A stretch of DNA of 34,140 bases from an uncultured Candidatus Peribacteria bacterium (GCA_964625805.1 CAZVBV010000002.1:1-34140); one strand, 5' to 3'. Numbered from the stretch's first letter, positions 8,000-18,700 are shown. Notes: generated by a model from the sequence alone, not told the origin. Translations and numbers: made by a program.

Positions 8000-9244
8000 A
8001 ATTCAAAACACTCTCGAATGCGAAGAATATCCTCATCTACGGCTACGGCGTGGAAGGAAAGTCGACTGAAAATTTTCTTAAAGCTCGTTTCCCAGATAGC
8101 TCTATACGTTTACGTGATGATGCGTGGGAAACAAATCCCGAATTCGCAGAATTCGACGTCATCATCCGTAGTCCAGGGATTCCTCGAAGCAATATTACCG
8201 GAGTGGATGAAGAAAAAATAACGAGTCAGACGGAACTCTTTTTTGGAAATCTGACCGAAGAAGAACGAAGAAAAATCATTGGAATAACGGGAACAAAAGG
8301 AAAATCAACGACGACACAGTTTTGCAAAGATCTCCTCACAAATGCAGGGAAAAAGGTAAAGATTGCGGGGAACTTTGGAATCCCTCCATTGGGATTATTA
8401 GATGATCTACAAAGAGGAACTATGGATTTCATTGTGTTTGAAATTTCCAGTTTCCAACTCGAACACCTGCAAGAATCGCCTCACATTGCGATTTTTCTCA
8501 ATCTCTTTGGAGATCATTTAGAAAGACACGGAACTGTGGAAGAATATTTTCTCTCTAAATCTAATATCTTTCGGTATCAGAGAAATGAAGATTTCCTTGT
8601 CGTTCCTGAGGTATCAGGAAAATTACTCGAATTTTCTCGAGGAATTGGACGATTTATTCTCTCGAGAGAGTTGAGTGAAGAATTGTTTCATGAAGATTCC
8701 GTCTTCCGAGCATCACTTCCTACAGAACCTAGGAACGATGCGCACATTGTGTGATATTTTGAACATTCCTTTGGAAATGCTGGAAAAAACGGCAAAAGAA
8801 TTCCAGGGACTCGAACACCGAATGGAACTTTTTGTGGAAAGAAGTGGAATCCGATTCGTAAACGATTCGATTGCCAGCAATCCGACCGCCGCAATAGCAG
8901 CCGTACGATTCTTTAAGAACGATCTTGGAAGTATTATCCTTGGTGGAAGACCATCAGGAGACTCCTGGGAGGAGCTTCTGACACTCCTTCGGGATGAAAC
9001 CGAAGCTTCCATCCTTTTACCGAATGGAGAGAGCCTAGACGACATTCTGAAGGCTGCTGCAAATATTCAATTCCCTCCTGATCGAATCATACAAGCAGAG
9101 GCTTTGAAAGATATTGTTGTTCTCGCTAAAAAACAAACTCCACAAGGAAAAGTATGCCTTCTTTCTCCAGGGGCAAAAAGCTTTGATTGTTTCAAAAACT
9201 ACCGCGAAAAAGGCGAGGTGTTTAAACGATTGGTTATCGAATAA
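7996..9244 (+). pseudogene. murD: MurD-family UDP-MurNAc-L-Ala:glutamate ligase interrupted by a frameshift
   Basis: The N-terminal and central part is in frame 1 (7996-8754; P-loop GITGTKGKSTT). The C-terminal part is in frame 2 (from about 8699 to 9244; HHFLQNLG..., FQGLEHRMELF, NDSIASNPTAA). Homology switches frame around 8690-8715, and no homopolymer is present at that site. Confidence 0.8.
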
Positions 9245-9248
9245 AAAA

Positions 9249-9416
9249 CTAATCTTCCTTCAACAACTGAATCTTAATTGGTTCTTCTTGAATGACCTCG
9301 ATTTCCGCTCCACAAAGCACACATTCCAAAATATCACCTTCAATAATATCCGATGTTTCCACATCAAATCGTCCTCGACAATCTGGACAATGGATATAAA
9401 TTTCTTGTGTAATCAT
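9249..9416 (-). CDS. Small zinc-ribbon protein (LysW-like), absent from the ORF track (55 aa)
   Basis: My translation: MITQEIYIHCPDCRGRFDVETSDIIEGDILECVLCGAEIEVIQEEPIKIQLLKED. CPxC...CxxCG zinc-ribbon spacing and an acidic tail resemble LysW/ArgW-type carrier proteins. No obvious SD. Confidence 0.45.
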   Translation of the reverse strand: MITQEIYIHCPDCRGRFDVETSDIIEGDILECVLCGAEIEVIQEEPIKIQLLKED

Positions 9417-9470
9417 GGTGGGGTAAGTGGGTTTTCCTCCGAATGCTTTTTACCGATTTCTGGTGAAAAA

Positions 9471-12032
9471 TCAACCTTTCTTTCGAATTTCTTTAAGCTT
9501 ATAAATAAGTGCTAAAGCTTCACGCGGGGAGAGATCTTCGGGGGTAATTTCGTCAATAATTTTGTCTGCGGCTGACCGCGCAGAGGGGGTACTACTGGCT
9601 GTGCGGAAATTGGAAAATAGATTCTCTTTCCCTGACAGCAAATTTTCTGATTCCAGTCGTGCAAGAACATTTTTTGCGTCATCAATAACGCTCTTTGGAA
9701 CGCCAGCATTTTCTGCAACATCAATCCCGAATGAATCCGATACGCCCCCCTTCGCAATTCGATGAAGGAATGTAATTCCGTCTTCGTTTTGAGTGGCAGA
9801 GACATGGAAATTCGCAGCTGATGGCAGATCCTCAATAAGGTCTACCAGTTCGTGAAAATGTGTGGCGAATAAGGCTTTTGCTTTTGTCTTATTGTGGAGG
9901 AATTCGGTAATCGCCCATGCCAGTGATATCCCATCAAAGGTTGATGTTCCTCGTCCGATTTCATCCAAGATTACGAAGCTGTGCTCCGTAGCGCAACGCA
10001 GTATCCGAGCGGTCTCTGACATTTCTACAAAGAAAGTCGACTTCCCTCCTGCCAAGTTATCTGAGGCTCCAACTCTGGTAAAAATCCGATCAAAAATTCC
10101 CGTTTCCATTTTCTTTGCGGGTACAAATGATCCGATTTGAGCGAGGAGAATGAGAATTGCATTTTGCCTGAGGAACGTAGATTTTCCAGACATATTGGGT
10201 CCGGTGATCAGGTGAAATCGTGAACTTTCCGTATCCATTTCCAAATCGTTCGCGATGAATCGCTCTGTTGAAATTTTCTCTACGACTGGATGTCGTCCCT
10301 TTTCTATTGCAAGAACTGATGAGTTCTCGAGAATGATCGGTTTATTCCATCGCCATTTAGAAGCCGTTCTCGATAAGGTTAGAATGGCATCTACTTCAGC
10401 AATTGCTTTGGCAACATTCTGAATGTGTGGGGCAAACGTGAGCACTTCTTCTCTGAGTTTATGAAAGAGTGTGTGCTCCAACTCAAAGGCTTTTGATTCT
10501 GCTGATAATACTTTTTCTTCATATTCTGCGAGTTCAGGGGTTGTGAATCGTTCGGCATTGACCAGTGTCTGACGACGCACCCAAGTCTCTGGCACATTAT
10601 CTTTTTGCCCTTGTGATACTTCAAGACAGAACCCGAAGTTTTTTGAAAATTTTATACGGAGTGTTGAGATTCCTGATTCCCGTTTCTTTTCTGTCAGGAA
10701 ATTCTTCAACCATTCTTCCGCATTCTTTGCCATCTCACGGAGATCGTCGAGCTCTTCATTGTATCCTTGGGCAAACATACCTCCTGCGGTAATTTCGAGC
10801 GGTGGGGAGTCCACCAAGCTATCCTGCAGTGTTGGAATAAGATCGTTGAGATTTGAGAACGATTCTGATTTTTCTCTGATAAGTGGAGACGTTGCACTCG
10901 CACAAACATCTCTCATCACGGGAAACATCGAAAAAGAATCCCGCAAGAACGCGAGATCGCGCGCGTTCCCCCTTCCTGTCACCAAGCGTGCCAATATTCT
11001 TTCCAAATCTGCCACGGATTTAAACCCTTGTGTAAGTGTTCGTGACAAATCGTTATTGTTTTGAAGTTCTTCGACCGATTCCAATCGTTCATTTATTTTT
11101 TCAGCAGACAGCAATGGTGCCGCCAACCATCCATACAATTTTCGAGCTCCCATCGCCGTACAGCTTTTCTCAAAGACTGACCACAGTGTTGCTTGATTCT
11201 CATCGTTTTGGAATGGTTGAAACACTTCGAGATGTCGAAATGTCTGTGCATCCAGTTGCATTGTGTCATCTGTCGAGTAGCGAGTAAGTGTTGCTACGTG
11301 CGACAAATCCGCCTTTTGTGTTTCTTCTAAATAGAAAAGAATTGAGGCTGACACAGAGAGAAGAAGTTCTATTTTTTCAATACCAAACACCGATAAGTTT
11401 TTCACTCTAAAATGCGTCGTAAGAATATTTTTCGCGCTCTCTGTTTTCAGTTTTTTCCTCGGCGTGGTGTGTGTACGCGGAAGTTTCTTACAGAAGAGTT
11501 CGTCTTCAAATATATCACTGGGGATCAAAATCTCCCGTGGACTGAGTCGATACAATTCGTCGAAAAAAGAAATCTCATCTTCGAAGAGTGCCGTCCTAAA
11601 ATCCCCCGTTGAAATATCAGAATACGCGAGTGCATAATTTTTTTTATCTCTATCAATGGCAACCAGAAATGAGTTCTCTTCTGGTACCAAATTTCCTTTT
11701 TCGAGCGACGTCCCCGGTGTTACCACACGCATAACTTCTCGGGAAATCACTTTCGTTTCGGGATCTTCTTTTTGTTCAGCAATCGCTACTTTGTACCCCA
11801 AATCAACCAGTTTTTCTAGGTATTCTTCATGGGCATGATAGGGAAACCCACACATCGGCATTTCGTTCTCTGACCCCTTGTGACGGGCGGTAAGCACAAT
11901 CCCAAGAAGGCGAGAGCAAAGTTGTGCATCTTCAAAAAACATTTCATAAAAATCTCCAAGTCGAAAGAACAAAATCGCATCTGGATTTTGCTTTTTTAGT
12001 TCCCAGTATTGCCGTTGAACGGGGGTCGACAT
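9471..12032 (-). CDS. mutS: DNA mismatch repair protein MutS
   Basis: 853 aa. N-terminal TPVQRQYWELKKQNPDAILFFRLGDFYEMF, Walker A GPNMSGKSTFLRQ, and FATHFHEL. Confidence 0.95.
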   Translation of the reverse strand: MSTPVQRQYWELKKQNPDAILFFRLGDFYEMFFEDAQLCSRLLGIVLTARHKGSENEMPMCGFPYHAHEEYLEKLVDLGYKVAIAEQKEDPETKVISREVMRVVTPGTSLEKGNLVPEENSFLVAIDRDKKNYALAYSDISTGDFRTALFEDEISFFDELYRLSPREILIPSDIFEDELFCKKLPRTHTTPRKKLKTESAKNILTTHFRVKNLSVFGIEKIELLLSVSASILFYLEETQKADLSHVATLTRYSTDDTMQLDAQTFRHLEVFQPFQNDENQATLWSVFEKSCTAMGARKLYGWLAAPLLSAEKINERLESVEELQNNNDLSRTLTQGFKSVADLERILARLVTGRGNARDLAFLRDSFSMFPVMRDVCASATSPLIREKSESFSNLNDLIPTLQDSLVDSPPLEITAGGMFAQGYNEELDDLREMAKNAEEWLKNFLTEKKRESGISTLRIKFSKNFGFCLEVSQGQKDNVPETWVRRQTLVNAERFTTPELAEYEEKVLSAESKAFELEHTLFHKLREEVLTFAPHIQNVAKAIAEVDAILTLSRTASKWRWNKPIILENSSVLAIEKGRHPVVEKISTERFIANDLEMDTESSRFHLITGPNMSGKSTFLRQNAILILLAQIGSFVPAKKMETGIFDRIFTRVGASDNLAGGKSTFFVEMSETARILRCATEHSFVILDEIGRGTSTFDGISLAWAITEFLHNKTKAKALFATHFHELVDLIEDLPSAANFHVSATQNEDGITFLHRIAKGGVSDSFGIDVAENAGVPKSVIDDAKNVLARLESENLLSGKENLFSNFRTASSTPSARSAADKIIDEITPEDLSPREALALIYKLKEIRKKG

Positions 12033-12079
12033 TCGACACGCAAGGTAGCAATGTTTTTGTTAATTTTCAACTTGTTTTT

Positions 12080-12823
12080 CTACATCACCTTCTTGGCAAA
12101 CATCCAACTCATTTCAAAAATCTGTCGTTGCGTATCGGCAACGGCTTTTGACTGAATGAGAATCGCAAAAATTTGTGGCTCGAAAGAAGTGATCAATAAT
12201 TTGTCATCAAAAATATTAATTTCATTCTCCACCCAAAAGAGTTTTTGCGGGAGAAGTCGAATTTCTCGGAAGTATTTTTTGTCATCCGCTCGCACCATAC
12301 ATCCGGGTTCATCATCGGGCGCAAGCCCTCTGAGAAACTTTTTCTTTTTCGCTCGTTTGCTCACGTATTGCTGGTCATAGTCAGGCCAGTGCTCTCTCAA
12401 GTTTTTGGAATTCGCGTAGTTGAGAATTTCTGTTCGAGATTTCAAAGTTTCTTCGTACGCTTTTTTCACCCCCTCGAGTCCTTCAAAAAATTGCACTACT
12501 GGTCTTGATTCATTTCCTCCTGCAAGCGATTTGAGAAACGGTACATCTTGTTTCAAATCCTTTGCCCGCTGGGTTACGTCTTTTGCAAAAATCTCCGGTG
12601 CGATCGCCGTAAAATACTTCGTGTCTTTTTTATTTGTCTGCGTAACAAGTCCGCGGAGAAGAAGCTTCTCAAGGATCGTATAGGTCGTAATACGATTGTA
12701 TCCAGCTGTTTTTGCGATACTAGAAACCAATGCCGTTCCATTCTCAAGTACGGCTAAATACACCTGCGCCTCTTTCTCGGATAAGCCCACGTTCATTATA
12801 TTTTTTAAAACCTTTTTATTCAT
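12080..12823 (-). CDS. TrmB-family transcriptional regulator
   Basis: N-terminal winged-HTH LSEKEAQVYLAVLENGTALVSSIAKTAGYNRITTYTILEKLLLRGLV. Divergent from the glutamine synthetase gene. Confidence 0.75.
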   Translation of the reverse strand: MNKKVLKNIMNVGLSEKEAQVYLAVLENGTALVSSIAKTAGYNRITTYTILEKLLLRGLVTQTNKKDTKYFTAIAPEIFAKDVTQRAKDLKQDVPFLKSLAGGNESRPVVQFFEGLEGVKKAYEETLKSRTEILNYANSKNLREHWPDYDQQYVSKRAKKKKFLRGLAPDDEPGCMVRADDKKYFREIRLLPQKLFWVENEINIFDDKLLITSFEPQIFAILIQSKAVADTQRQIFEMSWMFAKKVM

Positions 12824-12997
12824 TGTTCAAGTTGTAATTTTTTTCGACAGCAAATCTATTTTCATTGTTTTCTTATGAATGAGCAAGCCTTTTTTTTGTT
12901 TGTAATTTTTTCTGACACCCTTTTTTTGAGCATGAGAAATAGTTGCTCGCAATGCTTCTAGACCCAAAAATAGAGCTCGTAATTCTTAATTCTTTTC

Positions 12998-14461
12998 ATG
13001 AATCCAACCGATCCCGATGACCTCCGAAACTTTTTAGAACTCCCCTATAGCGAACTTGAAAAACGAAATTTGGAAATGAAAAAATTAGCGGAAACTGGGA
13101 AACCTGACAGCTTCATTAAACAAAAAGTCATCAAATATCTCACCGATGAAATGCCCGTTAAGGCCGTAACAATCGCATTCTCGGATCTAGAAGGAAAAAT
13201 GCATATGCTCGATTATGACAAGAACTTCTTTCTTGGGGGATATGAAAATCTCACTTTTGATGGATCATCTGTCTGCGGACTCGCAGAATTAAAAATGTCA
13301 GATTTAAGACTCAAGCCCGATTGGAAATCGTTTCGAATTTTGCCGGCTGATATTTTTGGAGCGGGAAAAGTAATGATGTTTGGATTTGTTTGTAACCATG
13401 ATGGAAGTTATTTCCCAAGTGATTTTAGGGGACGGTTGCAAAACTATGTTGATAAGCTCGGTAAGTCTGGAACCAAAGTAAACATGGCTCCGGAGATTGA
13501 AGGGTTTTTATTGGAAGGAACAGATGTGGAACAAAAATATGACGAAGATGATGGATTTGTACTTGTAACTCCTGGAGGATATTTCAATGCTTTACCAAAG
13601 GACCGACTCCGTCAGTTCATGGATAAAGTGGCCGAAGTCCAACGTGCGCTCGGATTTGAAAATGAAAAAGATCATGGGGAAGTGGCCCCGTCATCGTTTG
13701 AGATCAACTACAAATATACCGAAGTCATGACCGCCTGCGATCAAGTTCTGATGTATAAACTCACTGCCCGACAAATTGCGAAACTTATGGGATTTACCGC
13801 TTGCTTCATGCCAAAGCCGATCATGGGTATCAATGGATCAGGAATGCATGTAAACATCAGCTTTGAGAAAGGTGGAAAAAATGTTTTCTTCGATGCAAAA
13901 GGTGAACACGGCGTTTCGAGTTTGGCGGAAAAATTCATCACGGGAATTTTATACTACGCACCAGAACTTTGTCTCACATTGTGTCCAAGTGTGAATTCGT
14001 ACCGACGACTCGACCCAAATTTCGAAGCGCCAAATGAGATTAAATGTTCAAACTGTGATCGAAGTTCAATGGTGAGAATTCCCCTTGGGAATGCGAAATC
14101 TGCACGAATTGAAATCCGTTCTGTCTCGCCTGATATCAATCCATATCTTGCGATGTTTGTCATGCTCAATGCCGGAATGTCTGCTGTTGATGCCAAACCA
14201 AAAGACTACAAAGAAATGATTGAAAAAATGAAAACACGAAGAACGAAAAAACTGTGGGCACATATTTACGATGCGATTTCATCATTCCGGAAATCAGAAT
14301 TTCTCATGGGAATTGTGGGCGAAAATGAAATGAAAAAATACATTGAACTCAAAGAAGCCGTTGCCAATCGAAGTCCTAAAGAATTGGGACATCGGATAAA
14401 ACGAAGCGAGATTGTTCATCACCATGAAATCACGAACCAGATTTTGTGGAATGATTTCTAG
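12998..14461 (+). CDS. glnA: Glutamine synthetase family protein
   Basis: 487 aa. GSGMHVNISF, NSYRRL and RIPLG...ARIEIRS motifs of the GS catalytic domain. Confidence 0.85.
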   Translation: MNPTDPDDLRNFLELPYSELEKRNLEMKKLAETGKPDSFIKQKVIKYLTDEMPVKAVTIAFSDLEGKMHMLDYDKNFFLGGYENLTFDGSSVCGLAELKMSDLRLKPDWKSFRILPADIFGAGKVMMFGFVCNHDGSYFPSDFRGRLQNYVDKLGKSGTKVNMAPEIEGFLLEGTDVEQKYDEDDGFVLVTPGGYFNALPKDRLRQFMDKVAEVQRALGFENEKDHGEVAPSSFEINYKYTEVMTACDQVLMYKLTARQIAKLMGFTACFMPKPIMGINGSGMHVNISFEKGGKNVFFDAKGEHGVSSLAEKFITGILYYAPELCLTLCPSVNSYRRLDPNFEAPNEIKCSNCDRSSMVRIPLGNAKSARIEIRSVSPDINPYLAMFVMLNAGMSAVDAKPKDYKEMIEKMKTRRTKKLWAHIYDAISSFRKSEFLMGIVGENEMKKYIELKEAVANRSPKELGHRIKRSEIVHHHEITNQILWNDF

Positions 14462-14478
14462 AACAGCTCGCCCCCTCA

Positions 14479-14507
14479 TTGACATCCTGGGTAAAAAGGC
14501 GTAAAAA
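14479..14507 (+). promoter_or_regulatory. Sigma-70-like promoter (TTGACA, 17 nt, TAAAAA)
   Basis: TTGACA at 14479-14484, a 17-nt spacer, TAAAAA at 14502-14507, then ATG 14521 lies 13 nt downstream. Confidence 0.4.
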
Positions 14508-14520
14508 GTGCCCACAAAGA

Positions 14521-15420
14521 ATGAATGAGAACATCGTCGTAACGAATTACGAAACAAAGGAGAAACATCTTTATGTTCCCCCGAAAGAGATTCGAATTCT
14601 TCTTCAAAAACATCCTGCACTACAAGCTATTGCAACAAAGATTGGAGCAAATCCTGTTCTTCAAAAACTTGTAGGAAATATTATCGGAACGGAATCTTTT
14701 TCCGTGAATCATAAACGAACACATCACGCTGATGGAATAAATACCCCTGTTCTTCCGAGTGATGGATACCTCACTCGATCAGAAATTTCAGACGAAGGAA
14801 TCAGTACTGTTCTCGGACATCTTGAAATTGATATCAAGAGAATGCTTGGACTCTCTCAGGATTCAGATTCTGTCTTTCATAAAGAAATAGGGAACAAGTT
14901 TAAAAATATCAAAGGAGGGCAGCACGATTTAGCGATTCTCAAACCTCAGCACAAACACTGTTGCAGTGTGCCTTTTCGAAGTACTGTTAAAAACATTTAC
15001 CGAGTGGGAAAAGATGGATCCATTCTTCCTGATAAAATTGCGAATAATAAAATTCACGAAAAAACGTACAGCACCGATCCAGAATTTGCACGAGTAAACG
15101 CTGATGATCTCAATATTTTTGATGGGAACCAGCGGATGGTTTTTGTTTTGGAAACTGAAATTGATGGCGAACCAATGGAATACATGATGGTGGCTCACGC
15201 GGCAGCATTTGTGAGTGGGATTGAGTCACTCATCAACAATGGGCAGGAAATATCCCCCGGAACGCCTTTGTTTAAATTCCATCAAGGATCATCGCTTTCT
15301 ACTCTTTGGCCAAAAGAGTTTTGTGAGAAGTTCCAAACACTTCCCGAAGTTGAAGCACTGACTACAAAAAACAAAGTCCTCGAAGTGTTGGAGGGGCAGG
15401 TGATTTATGAGCGAATCTAG
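14521..15420 (+). CDS. Hypothetical protein with a phosphatidylserine-decarboxylase-like C-terminal region (tentative)
   Basis: MMVAHAAAFVSGIE...NGQEISPGTPLFKFHQGSSLSTLWP resembles the PSD proenzyme pattern VGA..VGSI...G..v.kGeelG.F.fGST. I prefer ATG 14521. The gene call is fair; the function is weak. Confidence 0.55.
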   Translation: MNENIVVTNYETKEKHLYVPPKEIRILLQKHPALQAIATKIGANPVLQKLVGNIIGTESFSVNHKRTHHADGINTPVLPSDGYLTRSEISDEGISTVLGHLEIDIKRMLGLSQDSDSVFHKEIGNKFKNIKGGQHDLAILKPQHKHCCSVPFRSTVKNIYRVGKDGSILPDKIANNKIHEKTYSTDPEFARVNADDLNIFDGNQRMVFVLETEIDGEPMEYMMVAHAAAFVSGIESLINNGQEISPGTPLFKFHQGSSLSTLWPKEFCEKFQTLPEVEALTTKNKVLEVLEGQVIYERI

Positions 15421-15460
15421 GTTTTAATTGGATCCGGACCAAAAAAATAAAATAACTCTT

Positions 15461-15521
15461 AGATACGTATCCTTTGGGATACGTATCTTAATGGCTCCGG
15501 ACCGCTCTGGGGTCCGGAGCC
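15461..15521. repeat. Left compound hairpin terminal repeat (H1+H2)
   Basis: H1 is AGATACGTATCC-TTTG-GGATACGTATCT (15461-15488). H2 is GGCTCCGGACC-GCTCTGG-GGTCCGGAGCC (15493-15521). Both stems are perfect. Confidence 0.9.
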
Positions 15522-15526
15522 TAGTT

Positions 15527-15778
15527 TTATTTCTCCCACTCTATTTTCCAATCTTTTTCAGCAAAAAATTTAGGAATGTCTGATTCTTGTTCTACCCAAT
15601 TATTGAAAAGGTATTCATATTTCTCATCTTCCTTTAGTTCTTCAATATTTATATAAACACCTCCATCTGGTTCTTCATCTTTTATAAGAACCATTTTCCA
15701 TCCTGTTATATCACGTTGTACTCCATTTATGGTTTCCGTTCCTTTTTTAACGATGCCGGTATTAAGCGTGGAATACAT
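15527..15778 (-). CDS. Small acidic protein tightly coupled to the giant gene (immunity-like, inferred)
   Basis: 83 aa, rich in E and D, with no signal peptide or TM helix. Its ATG lies 2 nt after the giant gene's TAA (TAATCATG). Confidence 0.65.
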   Translation of the reverse strand: MYSTLNTGIVKKGTETINGVQRDITGWKMVLIKDEEPDGGVYINIEELKEDEKYEYLFNNWVEQESDIPKFFAEKDWKIEWEK

Positions 15779-15780
15779 GA

Positions 15781-18700
15781 TTATGGAATGAATTTTACAT
15801 GATTGATTATAGAAGAACTAGTTGCATTTGGGGAATCAAATAGCTCGAAATGAACATGTGGATTATCTCCATAAAGAGATTCTGGATCCATTCGAAACCG
15901 TCTTAAGCCATCTGCACTTCTGTAACCATGTGGTCCATTTTGTACATACCCTTTTCCCAAAAAACTCTCCGTTGCCTCTAGTACTTCATCTGTATTTAAC
16001 CAATGTTGACTTGTGCTCATTTGCCCTGGTTCCAACTTCAACGTTTCTGCAATAACATCATCTATTTTCCTATAATCAATAACCTTCCCACCCGCTCTCA
16101 CTACATCATCCATAATCATCGTCTTCCCTCCGATTGTCACCCCTGCCAACTTTGGTTGTGGAATAAATTTATGTAATGCGACTGCAATATCATCTACCCA
16201 TGCTGTAAGTTTTCCCGCCTTCCCAATCTTTCCTATTGGAATAAAACTTAATATCACCGCAGCAACAATCGCCCCTTTCTCTCTGTCGTCCGCGTTTGCA
16301 ATACTGGCTTGAATACTTTCCCATGCATTATCAATTGTTGTTTTTCCTTCGATAAGAACCTCTGGTACATTTTCCTTCAAATACTCTGTCATCCCTACGG
16401 GATCAGTAAGAAGTGAAAGCATGAGTTGCTTCTTCATTTGATCAAACTTCACAACTACTTTTGCAATTTCAATCCATGTGAGTGGATTGAGGAGACTTAA
16501 AATTCCTTCTACTTCTGATTTCACTCCATCAAGTACCCCTAGTCCAAATTTCAGTGGAGAACCTACTGAAAGTAATTTCTGAAGACTTATTTGTGTTTCT
16601 ATTTCAAATTCAGCCTCCCTTCCAATGTTCAATACTTCTGCTCTCTTCGCCTCCACAATCGCCTCGGCCTCGGCAATGATCTCTGGGGTCTCCGCAATTT
16701 CTTCTACCGTTGCCACAACCGAAATATGAACTGGCTCAGGAATTTCTACTTCTGGAACAGGTGAGACTGCCTCCACCTGCTGGCTCGCCAGAGACACTTT
16801 CACTTGACCAAGAACCGTCGCAGGTTGCGTTGTAATCGCCACTCCGTTGCTGTCGGTACGAATTGTTGTCTGAGCAATTCCTGCGTATTCTGCCCCCACC
16901 ACAGCACCTGTGTCACGATAGACGGCCGTGTAGGTTCCGTTGTCATTTCGTATGTACGTAACTGGATCCTTTGTGCTCAAGCTTCCATCTGAAACCCCCT
17001 TGGTAATGCCATCAAAATATTTTGTCTTTTGAGCGATTCCTTCTGGTGTCTCTGAGAAATACATGTGACGCACCATCGGTGCAACCATTATTGATTCATC
17101 AAATGCGAGTGGATTCTTTGCGGTGCGAACACTTGCCGCTAAATTGTTCTGTTGAATGATGATCTGACTGTCTCGCACATTTGAAAAGTGCGTTATGAGT
17201 TCTGTCGGATCGACTGCGGTAAGATCCTCTCCAAGAAAAGCCTTTATTTCCGTTTCGACGATCGTAGCTGTAAGTTTGTCTTTTTGTCGTTCTTCAACTG
17301 TTTTATTGAGCCATTGCGCAGAAATAAATGAGGAAGCTGTTTGCGTCGCCACTTCTTTTTCCAGTGTTTCAATTTGCTCTGTAATAACTTTTCTATATTC
17401 CTCATCTTCTTGTTGGAGACTTCCAAGTCTCGCTCCAAGAGCTTTCATATTTTCTCGGTGCAAAAGAGGATGTTGCCTATAAAATCCCTGCCATCCATTG
17501 TAAGCATTAATCGCCTCCTGGTGAGCATTTTTAGCAAGCCCACGAAGCGTGGAAATAATTCTTTCATCATACGGAACATAATCTCTCATGATATATTGCG
17601 CATATCGTGCATATTTTTGCCCCCAATAATCCCCACTCTGGCCAATTCTTTGTTTCGATCGACCCCAATCATCTTGTACGACCCAACTATTGTTTTGAAC
17701 TCCTGTACGTTCGAGATATTCCTCAAATGTATAAGCAATCGGCGTTTCTATTTTCTCTTTTGTTTGTTGTATTTCTGCATCGTACGGAGAAGGCTGTTCG
17801 AGCATTTCTTTCAAAGCTGATATCTCACTTTGAATCGTGTCTGCATTGAGAACTGTTGCTTTTTGTACTTCAAAAAACTTGCTCTTCGGTCCTGAATTTT
17901 CAAGTCCCATCAAATATTGAATCACTTGTTTTTTCGCCGGATCCTCTTTTCTTTTTTGTGCATAATTTATTCGATTCTGTTTTTGTTTATCATTAAAATT
18001 CTTTCTTTTTTCTTCTCTTATCTTTTTTGTACACGCTATTTTTTTAAAAATACTTCCGGTTCGATATGCTTTAATTTGTTTACGCGTTTCGTCATATTTT
18101 TTCTGGTAGTACGCAATGGATGCATCCATATTGTGTCGTGCTCGGATACTGAGCCAATAATCCCTTCCGTTCGCGTAAGGCGTCCAGTATTCTCGAATAC
18201 CCGTTATCATCTTTTGATGCTCTGCCGAAAGTTCATACAATTGTTTATCAAAAACACGTTCAATTTCTTCTGAATACACTTCCGCATGTGCAATGACTGC
18301 GTTTTTCGAAGGGTCCATTTTCTTTTCCAATTCCACGAGTTCATTCCCCACGTTTACAATTTTTGATTGAATTGTCGCAATTAATTTATCGCATTCTTTT
18401 TTTTGTGCTCCAATGGTGGCATCAAAAGTAAGTTTTGCTGCAACGAGTGCGGCATTGAGATAATTTATTTCTTCTTCTTTTTCAAATACTGGTTTGTAGA
18501 GTTCGTAGAATTCCTGGGTCACCGTCTCTACGGTCTCGGGAGATGGTGGTGTTAGTGGTTCTTCATAAGGAAAAATTTCGTGAATTGGGGTCACGTAATC
18601 AATCTCTTCAATAAATTCTTGGCGGTATGTAACTTGACGGACCGTTTCATCAATCATTTCTTTTTTCTCTTTAAAAGAGTTTGTGTATTTTTCAAAGACC

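Noticed and set aside
15430-15440. Extra half-copy GGATCCGGACC outside the left cassette end
   Set aside because: It is a single 11-nt partial match to one arm of hairpin H2, differs from it by one mismatch, and has no complementary arm. It is too short to interpret, and could be a chance match or a relic.
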